This document shows, one piece after another, positions 1 to 14,185 of a stretch of DNA of 64,000 bases. A model generated the notes under the pieces. That model worked only from the letters and a program-made list of their open reading frames with translations, was not told the origin of the DNA and made no database searches. The DNA lies in assembly GCA_964016885.1 (NCBI GenBank), contig OZ024758.1:21080001-21144000 (forward strand). The letters run 5' to 3'. This stretch comes from Eledone cirrhosa. Taxonomy: Eukaryota. The position numbers were made by a program, and so were the translations under genes. Positions within the stretch are counted from its first letter, which is position 1. Each line of letters starts with the position of its first letter.

Positions 1-272
1 TATCGGACCGGATGATACGTTGTGTCCTTGAGAAAAACACTTTATTTCACATTGCTCCAGTTTACTCAGCTGTAGAAGTGAGTTATGACGTCACTGCTGC
101 CAAGCTTTATCGGCCATTACCTTTCCCTTGGACAACATCAGTGGTGTGGAGAGGGGAGGCCGGTATGCATGGGCGACTGCTGGTCTTCCACAAAATAAAC
201 CTTGCCCAGGCTTATGCCTTGGAGGGAAACATTCTAGGTGCAAAACCATGGTCATTCGTGACCGAGTGGGGC
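1..272 (+). mobile_element. tRNA-derived CORE-type SINE (OR-like), 5' end cut by window edge
   Basis: CORE-like TTGTGTCCTTGAGAAAAACACTT; body matches copies at 7321, 32472 and (inverted) 15675-16260. Confidence 0.7.
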
Positions 273-1177
273 CAAAGCAAGAGTATCGAAAGAACGCAGA
301 TGTGTTTGCTTATAATTGAGGTTGTCGTTAATGCGCAAGAAGGGTAATTTTTTCTTTGTAAACGGGGGAGACCAGCAATTTTCCACGCATGAATGTCACC
401 TCTCTCCTAGTCAATAGCCGCTGTACTCAGAAGACAAAAAGGATCCCGCCTTAAATAGACAAGGGATACGTGAAGGAGCTAGAGAGTGAAAATGTAGTGA
501 TAAAGACAGATATATCGTCATATATTTACAGAGAATAAGTGAAATAAACTGATGCACGTAGGTGGATATTTAGATCAGCAAATAGGTATAGAGAATGATA
601 CAATGATAGATAAATGTCACGAGAATAACACCATGTGGGTATTTGTTTGGTGTGAAAACTGTTGATTTATTGTCAACGTCAATTTAATGAAAACAGAAGC
701 AATAAAACCATCTCCCCAAAATGTTTATATGTTTAGTAATTTCCTTGTTATATGGGTGCAGAGATATCCGTATGTATATGTCCGCTTCTTTCTCTCAGCG
801 TGTGTGTATCAATGTGTATGCCCATTTGTCATCTATTCTTTCTTTATGTGTATATTATAATAATTCTATGAGCATGGTGACACTATCTTCTCACTCCATA
901 AATATGTCAGGCTATAAAATAATAGCATACATAATTGGAATTGAAATTGCTCATAACTGGAAGCAAAAATGTCTCTTCATTTTATACATTGTATCATGTA
1001 CAAAACAATAAAAAATATATATCTATCTGTCTAACCCTCTATATCTCTGTCTGTATATTACATTATATATATATTATATTATAAATATATATTATATATA
1101 ACCCACACACTCACATATAGTCACTCACACACACACGTATATATATATATATACACATAAATATGTATTATATATAC

Positions 1178-1209
<32 letters not shown>

Positions 1210-1210
1210 A

Positions 1211-1241
<31 letters not shown>

Positions 1242-1566
1242 GTATATATATGTGTTTGTGTGTGTGTATGTATGTATATATATATAATACATATATGTGT
1301 ATATATATACGTGTGTGTGTGAGTGACTATATGTGAGTGTGTGGGTTTGAGTGGGCGTATGTGTGCGAATATTTATGTGCCTTTGTGCTAATACAAATCT
1401 ATCTAGCAGTCTGTATATATATCCAGAAGCACACGTTATTGTCTGTCTTTCTGTGTCATTAATGCAATGATCATTTGAATTTAAACGTATTGAATGCAAT
1501 ATACGTAATTATTTAATACTGACGACAATTTCGAATTACATAGACAGGATTGGTGCAAATATAAAT

Positions 1567-1752
1567 ATTGTTTCTACATTAGGCACAAGGCCAGCAATTA
1601 CCCAGTGCATTACTGGTACTTTATTTTATCGACCCCGTAAGGATGAAAGGCAAAGTCAACCTCGGCGGGATTTGAACCCAGATCGTAAAGGGACGTAACT
1701 ATGCTGGAAAGCATGGAGTCCGACCCTCTACCGACACTGCCAATCCACCACC
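1567..1752 (-). mobile_element. Meta-domain-like SINE copy
   Basis: Reverse complement has B-box GGTTCAAATCC and GCCTTTCATCCTTACGGGGTCGATAAAATAAAGTACC; ~13 similar copies in window. Confidence 0.8.
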
Positions 1753-2665
1753 ATGGTGCAAATATAAATATTATTAGATAAACATGTGTATCTACGTTTC
1801 CTCCAAAGATATATATTCGCTCCCAATATGTCTATATAGATTTGCTATGCTGCTATCAACTATCTAATTTTATCAGAAGATTATGGTTTTCTGAGGGATA
1901 CATCTTCGACATAGTAAAACCTTTATTTTGTTTATATTCCCTATCAAAATGATTTGCCCCAGTTACAAGTGTTCATCATTTTTTCATAATACATCTACGT
2001 TAAACACGATATCTCTGTGTATTGCCGTAGGAAATATCTGGTAGGTTGTGTCTAAGCCCTGAACGTATGATAATATGTGTCGAATATTATAGAATACATA
2101 GAGACAGCAAATACAGATAGATGTGCGCTCAGGTGTAAGATAAATGAAATTATTCATGTATGAGGAATAGAGCGTCTTGAACATAATAGAAACATCGGAA
2201 GACGGATAATACAATCTGGATAGCACATAAAATATCAGATGGTAGCAAGAGGTAATATTAAGCTCGCTATTAACACTCATAATTGTCACAATAATTGCCA
2301 CAATGACTGTGATAGATAATGAGTGCGTAGAATGAATGCAAGCAATTTTACTATGGGATGCTTATGGTAAATTATGTCGTATATTTTCCTTATATCATTG
2401 ATACCATATTACTTTATCAGATATCAATACTGGCACATTCATGTAGAAGTATCGATGAATGTTACATCAATTCGTATAGACAAAACAATGACAGTGTCCG
2501 AGAATAGGAAAGCCAGTATACATAGATAACAATCTTGACGTTGAGATAGATAACGTATGTATCTGATTCGTTCGGTTATCATATCAATAAAAGAGATCTT
2601 GAAATATTTATTGAGAAAATTTGCAACTTTGAAGCAATGTTGGATTTATATCAAGGGGGACATTG

Positions 2666-2708
<43 letters not shown>

Positions 2709-2714
<6 letters not shown>

Positions 2715-2940
2715 TAACAGATTAAAGTTTAAGCAAAGAATCGATGCTTTCTGAAACTTACCATTTCAGAACCATAGTTTCAGAAGATCCCGTTAAGGGT
2801 GAAAGCAGCGATTCTTTGCTTAAACTTTAATCTGTTATTTTAATAAATATTTGCTCTACGGTTCTTATATATTTGATATATAGTTATCCTTATCGAGCCC
2901 TCTTTAGATTTTAGTCTTTAAATTTATTATTATTACTATA
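2709..2940 (+). mobile_element. Short fold-back element in (TA)n, probable PLE terminal fragment (family F)
   Basis: TAAAATAACAGATTAAAGTTTAAGCAAAGAATCG inverted at 2809-2842; related copies at ~9770, 19600-19820, 23826-23966, 55235-55340. Confidence 0.6.
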
Positions 2941-2977
2941 TATGTGTGTGTGTGTGCGTGTGCGTGTGCGTGTGCGT

Positions 2978-3017
<40 letters not shown>

Positions 3018-6000
3018 CAACGTATCTCGTAGTCATGATACTGATAAGTTAGGAATATAAATTTGAAAGCGATAGCTTATATCAATGTATTTTATTGTGC
3101 AAATATATCAGGTTCTAATCAAAGGAAATTCGGACGGAAAATTTACCGAAAGACATAATTACAAAACATTTCCAGAGTGGATCACATCCTATGCTGTATT
3201 ATAATTCTTTGATACTGTAGAGTATATGATGAGGATAGTCTGTTTTTTATCTTTAGTATATTCTCCGGCTAAATAGTCATTTGTAATTGGGTGTATCGCC
3301 CCTGTAAGGCGTATAGAAATACGAATATTGAGGAATTTTCCGTTCGTTAGATAGCTCTTTTAGATTGCCCTCTGATGAAATAAAAGTGTTACCTGAAGTC
3401 ATCACAAGGAATTAACAGAATTTCGATATGTTTCCAAACTTAAATTTCCAGGGATTTGTAGGAGTAATAGAATTCGGATATGTTGCGTAGTATGGGGTTA
3501 TAAAATAGTTATTTGTTTACAAATGCAAAAACCTTGTGATAGAGGGGTAACACTTAGGTTTGAGGAAATGGTTAATATCGCTTATTAAATGTGGCAAAGA
3601 ACTGAACCCGTTTGAATCAACGTTCAGTATAAAGGTGTGACTAATTTGCCGGTATTTCAATAACGGAAATTCATCTCAATGTTTATAAGAAAGTAAATTC
3701 TTCTATAATGTTTTAAAAGAGAAGTTATTTTTTGTTAAACATCATGACAATATTCACAGCAACCTAGTGTGTGTTGTTTCTAAGATGCTTCCATTTATTG
3801 TTAATGTTTCACAAGAGAATGCATGTTTTGTTAAACACGATGGTATGTTTTGCTAAACACCATGACACTGTCAATAACAACCTAGCGTATGTTATTAAGT
3901 ATATTTACCCAATGATATTTCCTATTCTTACTATACCAAAGTACACTCTAAAGAAGGAGATGTTATCAAATATTGTCATAGACAAACCCAAAGAACAAAA
4001 TAATGTGCCCATTCATTCCTATATTGTGTATGATATACAACCAAACCTACAATATGAGACTAATACTATAGAGCATATTTCGCTCGTCTTAAGAGGAATA
4101 TTTCAAAATTACGTTGTGTCAGATTCGATAATTCTCTACAGTACATGTGATACATTTCCACAGTTGCTGTTTCTGAAATCGGGTAATCAGGCGTTAGAGA
4201 AAATCGTTGGATGGAGGATAGGCATTATCGAAGCCCACGTAGTTGGACATATTACTGCTGGGTCAACGTTTAATGCTCACTCATTTGTAAATTCGATGTT
4301 TCCTATTAGAATTATTCGGGCATATTTTCTTCTAGTTAAGCCTATAATTGTGCCAAAAGAACTTGGATAATTTTATCTTTCAGAATATTACATGAAAAAT
4401 AGTTGTATCAGCTGCATAAAACAAAAAATACATTCGTTCTAAACGCGAATCGTTTAGTTGAAGACCTATTTTGTGATTTCGCCATTAATATGGAAGGAAT
4501 ATTTTGATGCAGAGGTGCTCATTGAATATTCAGTTACTATAGAATGAATATTTAGTAGGCATCCAAATTTGAGGAATAGTGTAATAGATATGAGCCTTTT
4601 AAAATTGATCTCTTTTACAAGAAAGATTCATTTTAGAAGCTGTGTCGTTTACCTTATATTTGCAGATTAGAATTTCTAGCTAATGATCCAAAATGGGAAA
4701 AGGTTTATGGAATATCAATTCCTAGTTAATGATCACGTATGAATGGTTTATAGAATATCAATGACGCTTATTCGCGAAAGGTCATTGGAGATTCCGATTG
4801 TATAATTCCTAATTGCGAAATCTGGAGAGTTTTACTCTAAGGCAATTAATTATATCCGTTTTTATATATAATTTTATATTTAGCTTTTTACATTACAGGC
4901 TGTTTCAATCCTGGTGATGAATATTTATTTTATTATTTCTGTTAATTTTGCTAAAGCTACTGATACTAATCACAATCAAAATGGATAGCATCATCGACAG
5001 ATACTAAAACCCTTCGTGTTATTGATTAAATCGTTGCCGTCAGAAGTATAGTGTTTATTATGTTAACCCTTGGGAAATGAAAGAAAAGTTAATCTGACTG
5101 AGATTAGTACACAATCCTTATATAGAAGAAACTAGCTGCACAGCCTTAATGTAATGCGAATATCTTCAATCAGTATAATGCAATCGATACTAATTAGGTG
5201 TTTTTCTTTTTTTTTTCTTGGATACAAGCGACAATAATGTCAGTGAATTGAATAGAAAATAAAGTGACACTCGTCGTTCTTACGTGTATGGACATTATAC
5301 AATACATACACTAATTTTAAAGTGTAATACTGTGGCAGTTGACATTATGGAATGTCAGAAAAGACGCATGAGTATAATAGGGAATCATACATTTTAAGAA
5401 AATCTTTGATTAAATCATATTTGTCATTTCAGTATTAGTTCTCATATTGACCTCGGCTCGGAATGATAAATGGAAATGGAAACGTTAGTAAGTTTGATCT
5501 TAGAAAGAATTGGTACGCCCAATGAGGATCTTCACTTCCTTGATGGGATTTGTCGATACTAGGACCATCTTCACGATGGGGTCGGCCGATAATTAGGACA
5601 CTCTTAACAATGGAGATGGTTGATAGTAGGACAATCGTCACGATGGTGTCGGTTGATTGTTCGATTCGTCTTTCACCCTTTATTCGTTGACAAAATGTGA
5701 TGTGAAAACGATGAAGTGACACTTGGAATAGATACTGAAAATCATTTCACCCGATACTTTACCATTTACACTAGTCTACCCACACTGGAAATATACTATA
5801 TCGACACCAAGAGAAAGAAGCGCATCGCTAGTTGGGATAGGATTTGAACTAAGGGCTAGCAGAATTAGAGAAATTACCACATAGATTAATACGACGTTCT
5901 ACTACATTGTATGAACGAATTCACTCTCAATTGAATAACAGATAAATATGGATGATTAGTTAGATGGTAACGTGAAAATGAAATGAAAATACAGGAAAGT

Positions 6001-6869
6001 ATAAGAGGAGGAACTATTGTTGAAAATATTAAAATATGAGTGGGTAACCTATTAAATGTTTCTTTCTCTCATGATACAGACAAATAGTATTTCAGGTGCC
6101 TCCTTTTTCACCACATACAGAGGGGGGTGTTCAAATCTGATCTAAGATGTATTTACCCTTATTTTTACTGGAGTCGGGTATCCTAAATATTTCGTAAATC
6201 TTTTAGATATGCATTTAATATATATTTCATTATTTTGCAAAGATTTAAAGAAACTCACCTTCGTCTAAGATTCCGAATCTATTCACAACGAATCTGTTCA
6301 CATTAACTACCCACTTAGTTTTAACGACTCTAGATTATATTATTTTCGGGTGTGAATGAAATTGAACAATTGTCACCCACACCAAAGCGGGTGGGAGATC
6401 TCCCCATCGGATACCAGGTCTACCTTACCATCTGAATGTTAACGCAGAGCATACATTCCAATTCTTCTCTGATTCCTCTAAACTAAACCTAAACGTAGAC
6501 GGAGAGTAATTAAAATTATCAGCTTTCAGTTTTCCATATTATTCGTTTCACACAACGTCGTGAAAACCGCTTAAAGATGTAAATCTACTAATGGGAATCC
6601 AAAAATTCTTGGATTACAAAACGAACACATCATCTCACGTATGGTTTCTAATGAGGAAATATAATGCATATAGGCCTAAAAGTAAATACCTAGAGTATAA
6701 TCTGATGCAGTTGTCAGGAAAGAACATTTCAAATGATGATGAATTGTCATTGTTTAATAGATGGCAGGATAATATATTTTTTCTTTTTATAAGTAATTCC
6801 ACAAACTACATCTAAAAATGAATTAGTAACTACTTATATTGATAAATACAAATGCGTGCCAATATATAA

Positions 6870-6930
<61 letters not shown>

Positions 6931-7320
6931 AATATATATATAGAAAGGATAACAAGGACGATTGATTATTCCTTCATTGCATCAACACCGACAAAACATG
7001 CCTCCACTCCCCAACCAACAATAGTGTGTGTGTGTGTGTGTAAGTATTGTACTCATACGGGCGTTTTAAGTGTGCGTGCGTGTACGCAAATGTATCTGTA
7101 TGTGTGGGTGTGTGTATGTGAACACATGTGTATACATATGTATATGTGTGTGTATATATATATATATCTGTATATATGTGTATGTGTATATGTGTATGTA
7201 TATATGTAAAACACCTTCTACATCGCCTCTCACCTTCCCCCCATCTCTGTCGTTCGCCACCCCCACGGATACTCCCCCACTCTCCATATTCGTGTATATA
7301 TATATATATGTGTGTGTGAA

Positions 7321-7530
7321 GGCGTGTGGCTCGGTGGTTAGAGAATTGGATTCGCAATCGTAAGGTTTTCAGTTCGATTCCTGGACCAGGCGATGCGTTA
7401 TGTCCTTGAGCAAGACACTTGATTTCACGTTGCTCCTTCTACCTGGAGTTGCGACCGAGAGATAGTATTAGCAATTGGAAAGACCAACGGAAACATTGTT
7501 CCTTCTGTCCGATTTGAGGAAAGTCGATCG
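7321..7530 (+). mobile_element. tRNA-derived CORE-type SINE
   Basis: A box TGGCTCGGTGG, B box AGTTCGATTCC, core TGTCCTTGAGCAAGACACTT; paralog of 32472-32680. Confidence 0.8.
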
Positions 7531-8092
7531 TTCCTTTTTTTATATATAAATATATCCATATAAATTATTAGATATGTAAGCTATCGCCGTATTTTGACTA
7601 AAGAAATTTAAAAGAATTATTTAGCCTGATAGTGGTGTTAAGAACCCTCGGAGAAATGGAGAAAGATGAGTATTGACGTACATGGGAGTCGAACCCACAT
7701 CTTTGCTTATCCAGAGCACTGTTCTACCATTTTCACCAACACATAACCCAGAAGGTTCTGAAACCCACTATCTGACTTAGTGTTCTTTCTATTTAATTGC
7801 TAACCTGTAGGTGTTGTTTTCCATACAGTAACGGTTAAACACACATGTAATAATTCTTTAAACACGTCTCACTTTGTAACACACTTCTCTACGTGTAATA
7901 TATTTGTATATATATATAGTTATGTAATAAACAACATAAGGCAATTATTCCATTTACCAGTGGTTTCTTAAGAGCAAAAAATTTTGCTTTCAATCCTCAG
8001 AATGAAAAAATCCTGGTGTTTATTGAATTTGGATTTTAAAAAACAAAAATTCAATCTATATGAAAGTGAGGCTGGAGAAAGAAGTCTTCTTT

Positions 8093-8276
8093 CTGACGAA
8101 AACGCAAATGTCATCTCATGATGATATTTGTTTTTGAAATGCGCATAATAAAATACATGGAACTCTTTTAACCATCTTTTGATCTTATATTATTTATAGT
8201 CCAGTCCTACAAACTGTAGAGTGCTACTTATCCGATATCTGCATTGCTTTATTGTACTACAATAAAATTCACCTCC

Positions 8277-8280
<4 letters not shown>
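8093..8280 (+). mobile_element. Solo 3' terminus of the PLE family at 60027-62705, starting at its hammerhead core
   Basis: Aligns with 62519-62706; CTGACGA-stem II-GAAA TGCGCA TA; followed by (TA)n. Confidence 0.85.
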
Positions 8281-8311
<31 letters not shown>

Positions 8312-9373
8312 TAAAACATTAATACATTAGCGAAAACAATACCACATACTTGAACAGATATAGCTAATATCTGTCTCCTTCACAACTGGCATATTATTCT
8401 CATGACTAATCACGTATTTCTCCTCTTCGATTACGAATGTCTCATACCGTCAATATCAGTCCCGCTTCTTCATATGGTCTTCCGAAAATGATTCTATATC
8501 CTACCTGCATATAATACACATGGAAGGTGTATGGTAAGCTGAAATTGCTTGAATACTGGCAACACTTGAAAACCTAATAATGACAGCCACGTATTAGCTG
8601 TTAAAGCCAGGGACGGATTTAGGGATTTTGTTACAACGTTTTGAAATTATTTTGTAAAGAATTAACTAAGTATGAATCATTGATATTATTTTCTAGCAAT
8701 TGATCTAGCAGGTTAGAGTGTATATAATACTTACATAACATTTATACTTAGCTCGTATGCGGCCTTCAGATCCTAGTTTTACTGAAATTTAAAGTATTCG
8801 TCTTTTAATAGAGCAGGCTTTATGAGCAAATGTGTATTAGATTCATCAGATTTCAGTAAAGTTTGTTATGAAATATGTTAATCTAATGGCATTATATATT
8901 CATAGAAAATATTTCTATGGTTTCGTAATGGAAATCTGGAATATAGCGTTATATTTATAGGGACATATGTACAAACGTATTTTATAAATAATGAAGTATG
9001 GACATAATCTATAAATACTAGATATTGGTAAATGTATGTAAATCCTTTAAGATTTATTAGAATCTTAAATGCAATGTATGAAAATGATATGTATATTTAA
9101 TCCGTAGAAGAAAATGCCGTTTAGAATAATACATACAGTCTACATATATATATAAGGATATTACAAACATTCCATTTATTTGTTATAAACTTACTATAAG
9201 TTCCATAAAATGGATATTTAGTCCCTAGACGTTTTATCAGTGAAGACGTATTTCAAAATTTACTGTAGTATAATTCCTATAGAAATTCATTTTCGGCATA
9301 GATTCATGTTGTTGAAAGGAAACTGTATACGAGATATGAGCAGGCAGTCACTTAAGTAATCTGATTCTACATG

Positions 9374-9420
<47 letters not shown>

Positions 9421-9627
9421 ATGTTATTATTTTCATTTTTATGCTCTTTGCTACGTTCCTCTACACACTATACATCTCATTCTACATTTCCTCTTACATC
9501 TCTCTCTCTTCACCACCGGATTCTGGTACCCGGAGATTTACCCATCTACACTGTTGAGGCTTCCAAAACGACGAAATTTGTTAATATTCCACAATGCTTA
9601 AAGCAAACTTCAATGTTCTCTTATATA

Positions 9628-9658
<31 letters not shown>

Positions 9659-9839
9659 CTGTTCATTGCCAGGGAACGTCAGCCACGAACCAAAGTAACG
9701 TCTTCCTGACTTCCTTCGGTTGCAACGTTTTTCGAAATATTTAATTGTGCGTTCGCAGATTGATTTTTTTTAGTTTGAGAAGATCCCGTTAAGGTTGAAA
9801 GCACCGATTCTTTGCTTACACTTTAATCTGTTATTTTTC

Positions 9840-9889
<50 letters not shown>

Positions 9890-10754
9890 CATTGTTAACA
9901 GAAACACTGGGAGAATGGAGATGATATGTATGGGCAACTAGCCCAGGGTCTGTACATTCTCAGAGGACTGAAAAGATAATATACAATACACCAGGCAACA
10001 TTAAGAGGGAATTAAAACTTCTTGGTTTTAATTATTTTGAACGTTTTATGAATCATTTATATGAAGTTAATTTAAAGTTTACAGAATAGAATTAGAATTT
10101 AGCATCGAGCATACCTGTATACAGATATGTATTGGAATTTCATATTTCTAAAGAAATACGTTATGTTTACAAATAAACATTTAGAAAGCCATAGTTATGC
10201 AAAAGTACCAGTGGCTATCACCACCTGGTAGGGTCTATCAGAAGCAAGGGCGACAATCGTCGATGTATTTTAAACTGAACTAGTTCTCATCAGGCCGGTT
10301 TCTTTCAAATAAGGTTTATCAAAAATAGCTTATTTAGGGTATAAAGCCCCTAGATGAAAAGTAATTACACACCTTCAGGCACATTTATTTATTTTATTTA
10401 TCAAACATATGAATAAATAAATTTTAACGGATTTGTTTGTTTATTTAAGACTATATAAAATAATGGGATGTATCTATACTTAGCTAAAATATCCGTCTAT
10501 GTGTCGTATAATGTTTGTCTGATACCACCAGCGGAGCTGCCACCCAGTATACCTCATTTGCTCAACATGGTGAGAGTTTGGGTGAGCAGGAAAGACGGAG
10601 GCAGTGGCATTTAGGTTAGTTTGTGTTCGTGCTTGTTGTATATACATGTGTATATAAGAGAGAATGAGTCTAAAAACTGATTCTTGTACACTAAACCTAA
10701 CTTAGTATTGTAAAACTAAGGGAGAACTAGGTCGTCAGAATATATGTAATTAAT

Positions 10755-10943
10755 AATTGATTCTACCTTTGTCACAAGGCCAGCAATTAATCCAGTGCAT
10801 TACTGGCACTTTATTTTATCGGCCCCGTAAGGATGAAAGGCAAAGTTAGCCTCGACTGGATTAGAACTCAGACCGTAAAGGGACGTATCTATGCTGGAAA
10901 GCATGGTGTCTGGCACTCTACCGGTAGAGCCAATCCACCGCCC
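10755..10943 (-). mobile_element. Meta-domain-like SINE copy
   Basis: Similar to 1567-1752. Confidence 0.8.
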
Positions 10944-11403
10944 TTAATAATTAAAATAAATTTGCACTTGACTTATACTTCCTTTCTCGTCTCCTTAGAT
11001 TAAATAGCCTTCAACATTTTACGTCTACATTCATATTCAACATAACTCATTATTATATACATATATATTTTCCGGGTGTGGTCGGCATATGAATTAAAAC
11101 TAATTTTAACAGAATCATTTTATTTTTCTCTATGAAATATTTCGGCGCCTTTTTTAACGTGTGTTTCTTTTGTCTTCATGGACTGGGGCTGCACATACCC
11201 AACTGTATTTTATGAGCGATTTGCTTGCAGCGTTTGCAGAGAAAGACTCCTGGGAAATATATCTAGCTCTGTTAGAGACAGATAAATGTGAAATGACGTT
11301 GAAACACCGTTTAGTCATCGGTAAAAATAAGGTTTGGCAATATTGTACTCATGTTACATACGCTACGGCCCACTAAGTTTAGAAGTATAAATAATATTAA
11401 CAT

Positions 11404-11588
11404 CTGGATTGGCAGTATCTCTAGAGGGTCGGACGCCATGCTCTGACGCATCGAGTTACGGCCCTTGCCATCGTGAGTTCAAATGCCGCCGAGGTTAACT
11501 TTGCTTCTCATCCTTATGGGGTCGATAAAATAAAGTACCAGTAATACTCTGTGGTAATAGCTGGACTTTTGCCAAACGTAGTAACAAA
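11404..11588 (+). mobile_element. Meta-domain-like SINE copy
   Basis: GAGTTCAAATGCCGCCGAGGTTAACTTTGC...GGGGTCGATAAAATAAAGTACC. Confidence 0.8.
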
Positions 11589-11622
11589 TATATATATATA
11601 AATATCTGTAAGTATATATATG

Positions 11623-11663
<41 letters not shown>

Positions 11664-11952
11664 TTGTGTGTGTGCATAGAGAGTAAGTGAGCACAATGAG
11701 AGGGTTGGATAAAAGGAGAGAGAGGAATATAACTGAGAGATTGGCATGTTTATGTTTTTACTGATACTTGTAACCCCCACAACACACACACACACACACA
11801 TATATATACATATATATATATGCAAAAGTTTTATTTAAAATTGTTGGGTTACAACGAGTAAATATTTTATAACTGATATAAAAGCACTCAACAAGTTTTG
11901 GAGTAAATTTACGATATTAAACAAATGGAAACTATATTTATAAAACCATATT

Positions 11953-12018
11953 TATTTCATTATATATATTTCAGGGATATCATAATAAAAATATGGTATG
12001 CCTTCCTCAGACAAAATA
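11953..12018 (-). ncRNA. Type-I hammerhead ribozyme (inverted copy)
   Basis: Reverse complement of 12153-12218 motif. Confidence 0.75.
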
Positions 12019-12152
12019 CAATATATAAACCGTTTTATGAATAAATTTGACATACCTTAAACATTACAACTTCCATTTAAAATCAACTTTTTAAATGGAA
12101 GTTGTAATGTTTAAGGTATGTCAAATTTATTTATAAAACGGTTTATATATTG

Positions 12153-12218
12153 TATTTTGTCTGAGGAAGGCATACCATATTTTTAATATGATATCCCTGA
12201 AATATATATAATGAAATA
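12153..12218 (+). ncRNA. Type-I hammerhead ribozyme
   Basis: TATTTTGT CTGAGGA AGGCATACCATATT-TTT-AATATGATATCCCT GAAA TATATA TA ATGAAATA: intact core, stems I/II pair, palindromic minimal stem III. Confidence 0.8.
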
Positions 12219-12258
12219 AATATGGTTTTATAAATATAGTTTCCATTTGTTTAATATC

Positions 12259-12368
<110 letters not shown>

Positions 12369-12482
12369 GTGTGTGTGTGTGTGGGTGGGTGTGTGTGTGT
12401 GTGTGTATAAAGAAAGGTGAGTGTGAGTGTGTGTATATATATACAGATATATATATATATATATATGTGTGTGTATTTAAAC

Positions 12483-12563
<81 letters not shown>
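12483..12563. repeat. (TAA)n microsatellite
   Basis: Direct. Confidence 0.95.
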
Positions 12564-12564
<1 letters not shown>

Positions 12565-12905
12565 TGAGTGGCCTGCCCATTCGACACGAGAGTGCAAGAG
12601 AAGAAGAGGGAGAAAATTAACCGATACTTAAAGTGGGAGGTATAAAGGATTTGGAACTGCCATGAAGTCAAAGTGATCCTGATTGTCATAGGCGCACTAG
12701 GGACTATCTCAAAAAGTTTCCAGGGATGGTTAAAGTAAATTGGCACCCTCACGCTTTTTGGAACGCTTCAAAAGGCATGATTGCTGGGGACAGCAAGAAC
12801 ACTCCGGTACGTCCTGAATATCTGAGGCTGCAGGTTGTGGCTTGATATTCATCTCAACAAACTTTCCAGTTAACTAACATCAATGACTGAGACTCGAAGA
12901 GTAAT
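12564..12905 (+). mobile_element. 3' fragment of Dong/R4-clade non-LTR retrotransposon
   Basis: Decayed translation VACPFDTRVQEKKREKINRY..LKWEV*RIWNCHEVKVILIVIGALGTI...LQKA*LLGTARTLRYVLNI*, the restriction-like endonuclease C-terminus; (TAA)n on both sides. Confidence 0.8.
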
Positions 12906-12932
12906 AACAATAATAATAATAATATAATAATA

Positions 12933-12975
<43 letters not shown>

Positions 12976-13213
12976 GGATGATGATGATGATGATGCTCAC
13001 TAATGGTGGTGTTAGTATGTTTTATTTATGTGTAGACCATAGAAATCGGAACATTTAGAAATGAAAATACATCATGATTATTCTTATAAATATGTTGAAT
13101 GTTGCAATTCTTATTCAAAGTTGTCAGAGCCATTTATAGTGTGTAAATCAAATTAGATGGAAACAGTTAGATCCCATCAGATTGAGTATTGTCAATTGTT
13201 CTTAACTCTCAAT

Positions 13214-13400
13214 AATTGTTTCTACTTTAGGCACAAGGCCAGCAATTACCCAGTGCATTACTGGTACTTTATTTTATCGACCCCGTAAGGATGAAAGGCA
13301 AAGTCAACCTCGGCGGGATTTGAACTCAGATCGTAAAGGGACGTAACTATGCTGGAAAGCATGGCGTCCGACTCTCTACCGATACTGCCAATCCACCGCC
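13214..13400 (-). mobile_element. Meta-domain-like SINE copy
   Basis: Highly similar to 1567-1752. Confidence 0.85.
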
Positions 13401-13499
13401 AACTCTCAATAATAATCACTATTACGCAAGGCATTGACATTATTGATAACTTGGTTCTGAGTTCCCTACCATTATCTCTATTATTCGGCAGCAAATGTA

Positions 13500-13545
13500 T
13501 ATCTGTCTATACATATATACATATATACATATATGCATATGGACA

Positions 13546-13603
<58 letters not shown>

Positions 13604-13641
13604 CGTGTGTATGTGCGTATGTGAATGTATTCTTAAAACAC

Positions 13642-13675
<34 letters not shown>

Positions 13676-13676
13676 T

Positions 13677-13708
<32 letters not shown>

Positions 13709-13724
13709 CATATATATGTGAGTG

Positions 13725-13770
<46 letters not shown>

Positions 13771-13826
13771 CATATATATATATATTATATGTATATTTAT
13801 ATATACATATATATATACATACATGT

Positions 13827-13889
<63 letters not shown>

Positions 13890-13970
13890 TATATACAAAT
13901 ATATATATATATATATTTATATATATGAATAGATAGATATTTATATAAATATATATACATATATATATAG

Positions 13971-14060
<90 letters not shown>

Positions 14061-14152
14061 GTGTGTGTGTGTTTGCCTGTGCGTGTGTGTATGTGCATGT
14101 ACGTGTGTATTTGCCTGTGCGTATAGTGTATCTTCCTATCCGTCGCTCTCTT

Positions 14153-14185
<33 letters not shown>
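13500..14185. repeat. Compound (TA)n/(TG)n/(CT)n microsatellite
   Basis: Direct. Confidence 0.95.

Noticed and set aside
1984-2301. Hydrophobic ORF with LTPERTSIC faintly like a GPCR E/DRY region
   Set aside because: Too weak; no other helix motifs identifiable
3370-3400. CTGATGA core
   Set aside because: No stem II or properly placed GAAA
3771-4370. 199-aa ORF
   Set aside because: No recognisable motif; non-ATG start; no supporting gene structure
9550-9585. CTGTTGA...GAAA hammerhead-like motif
   Set aside because: A6 mutated and stems I/II do not pair convincingly
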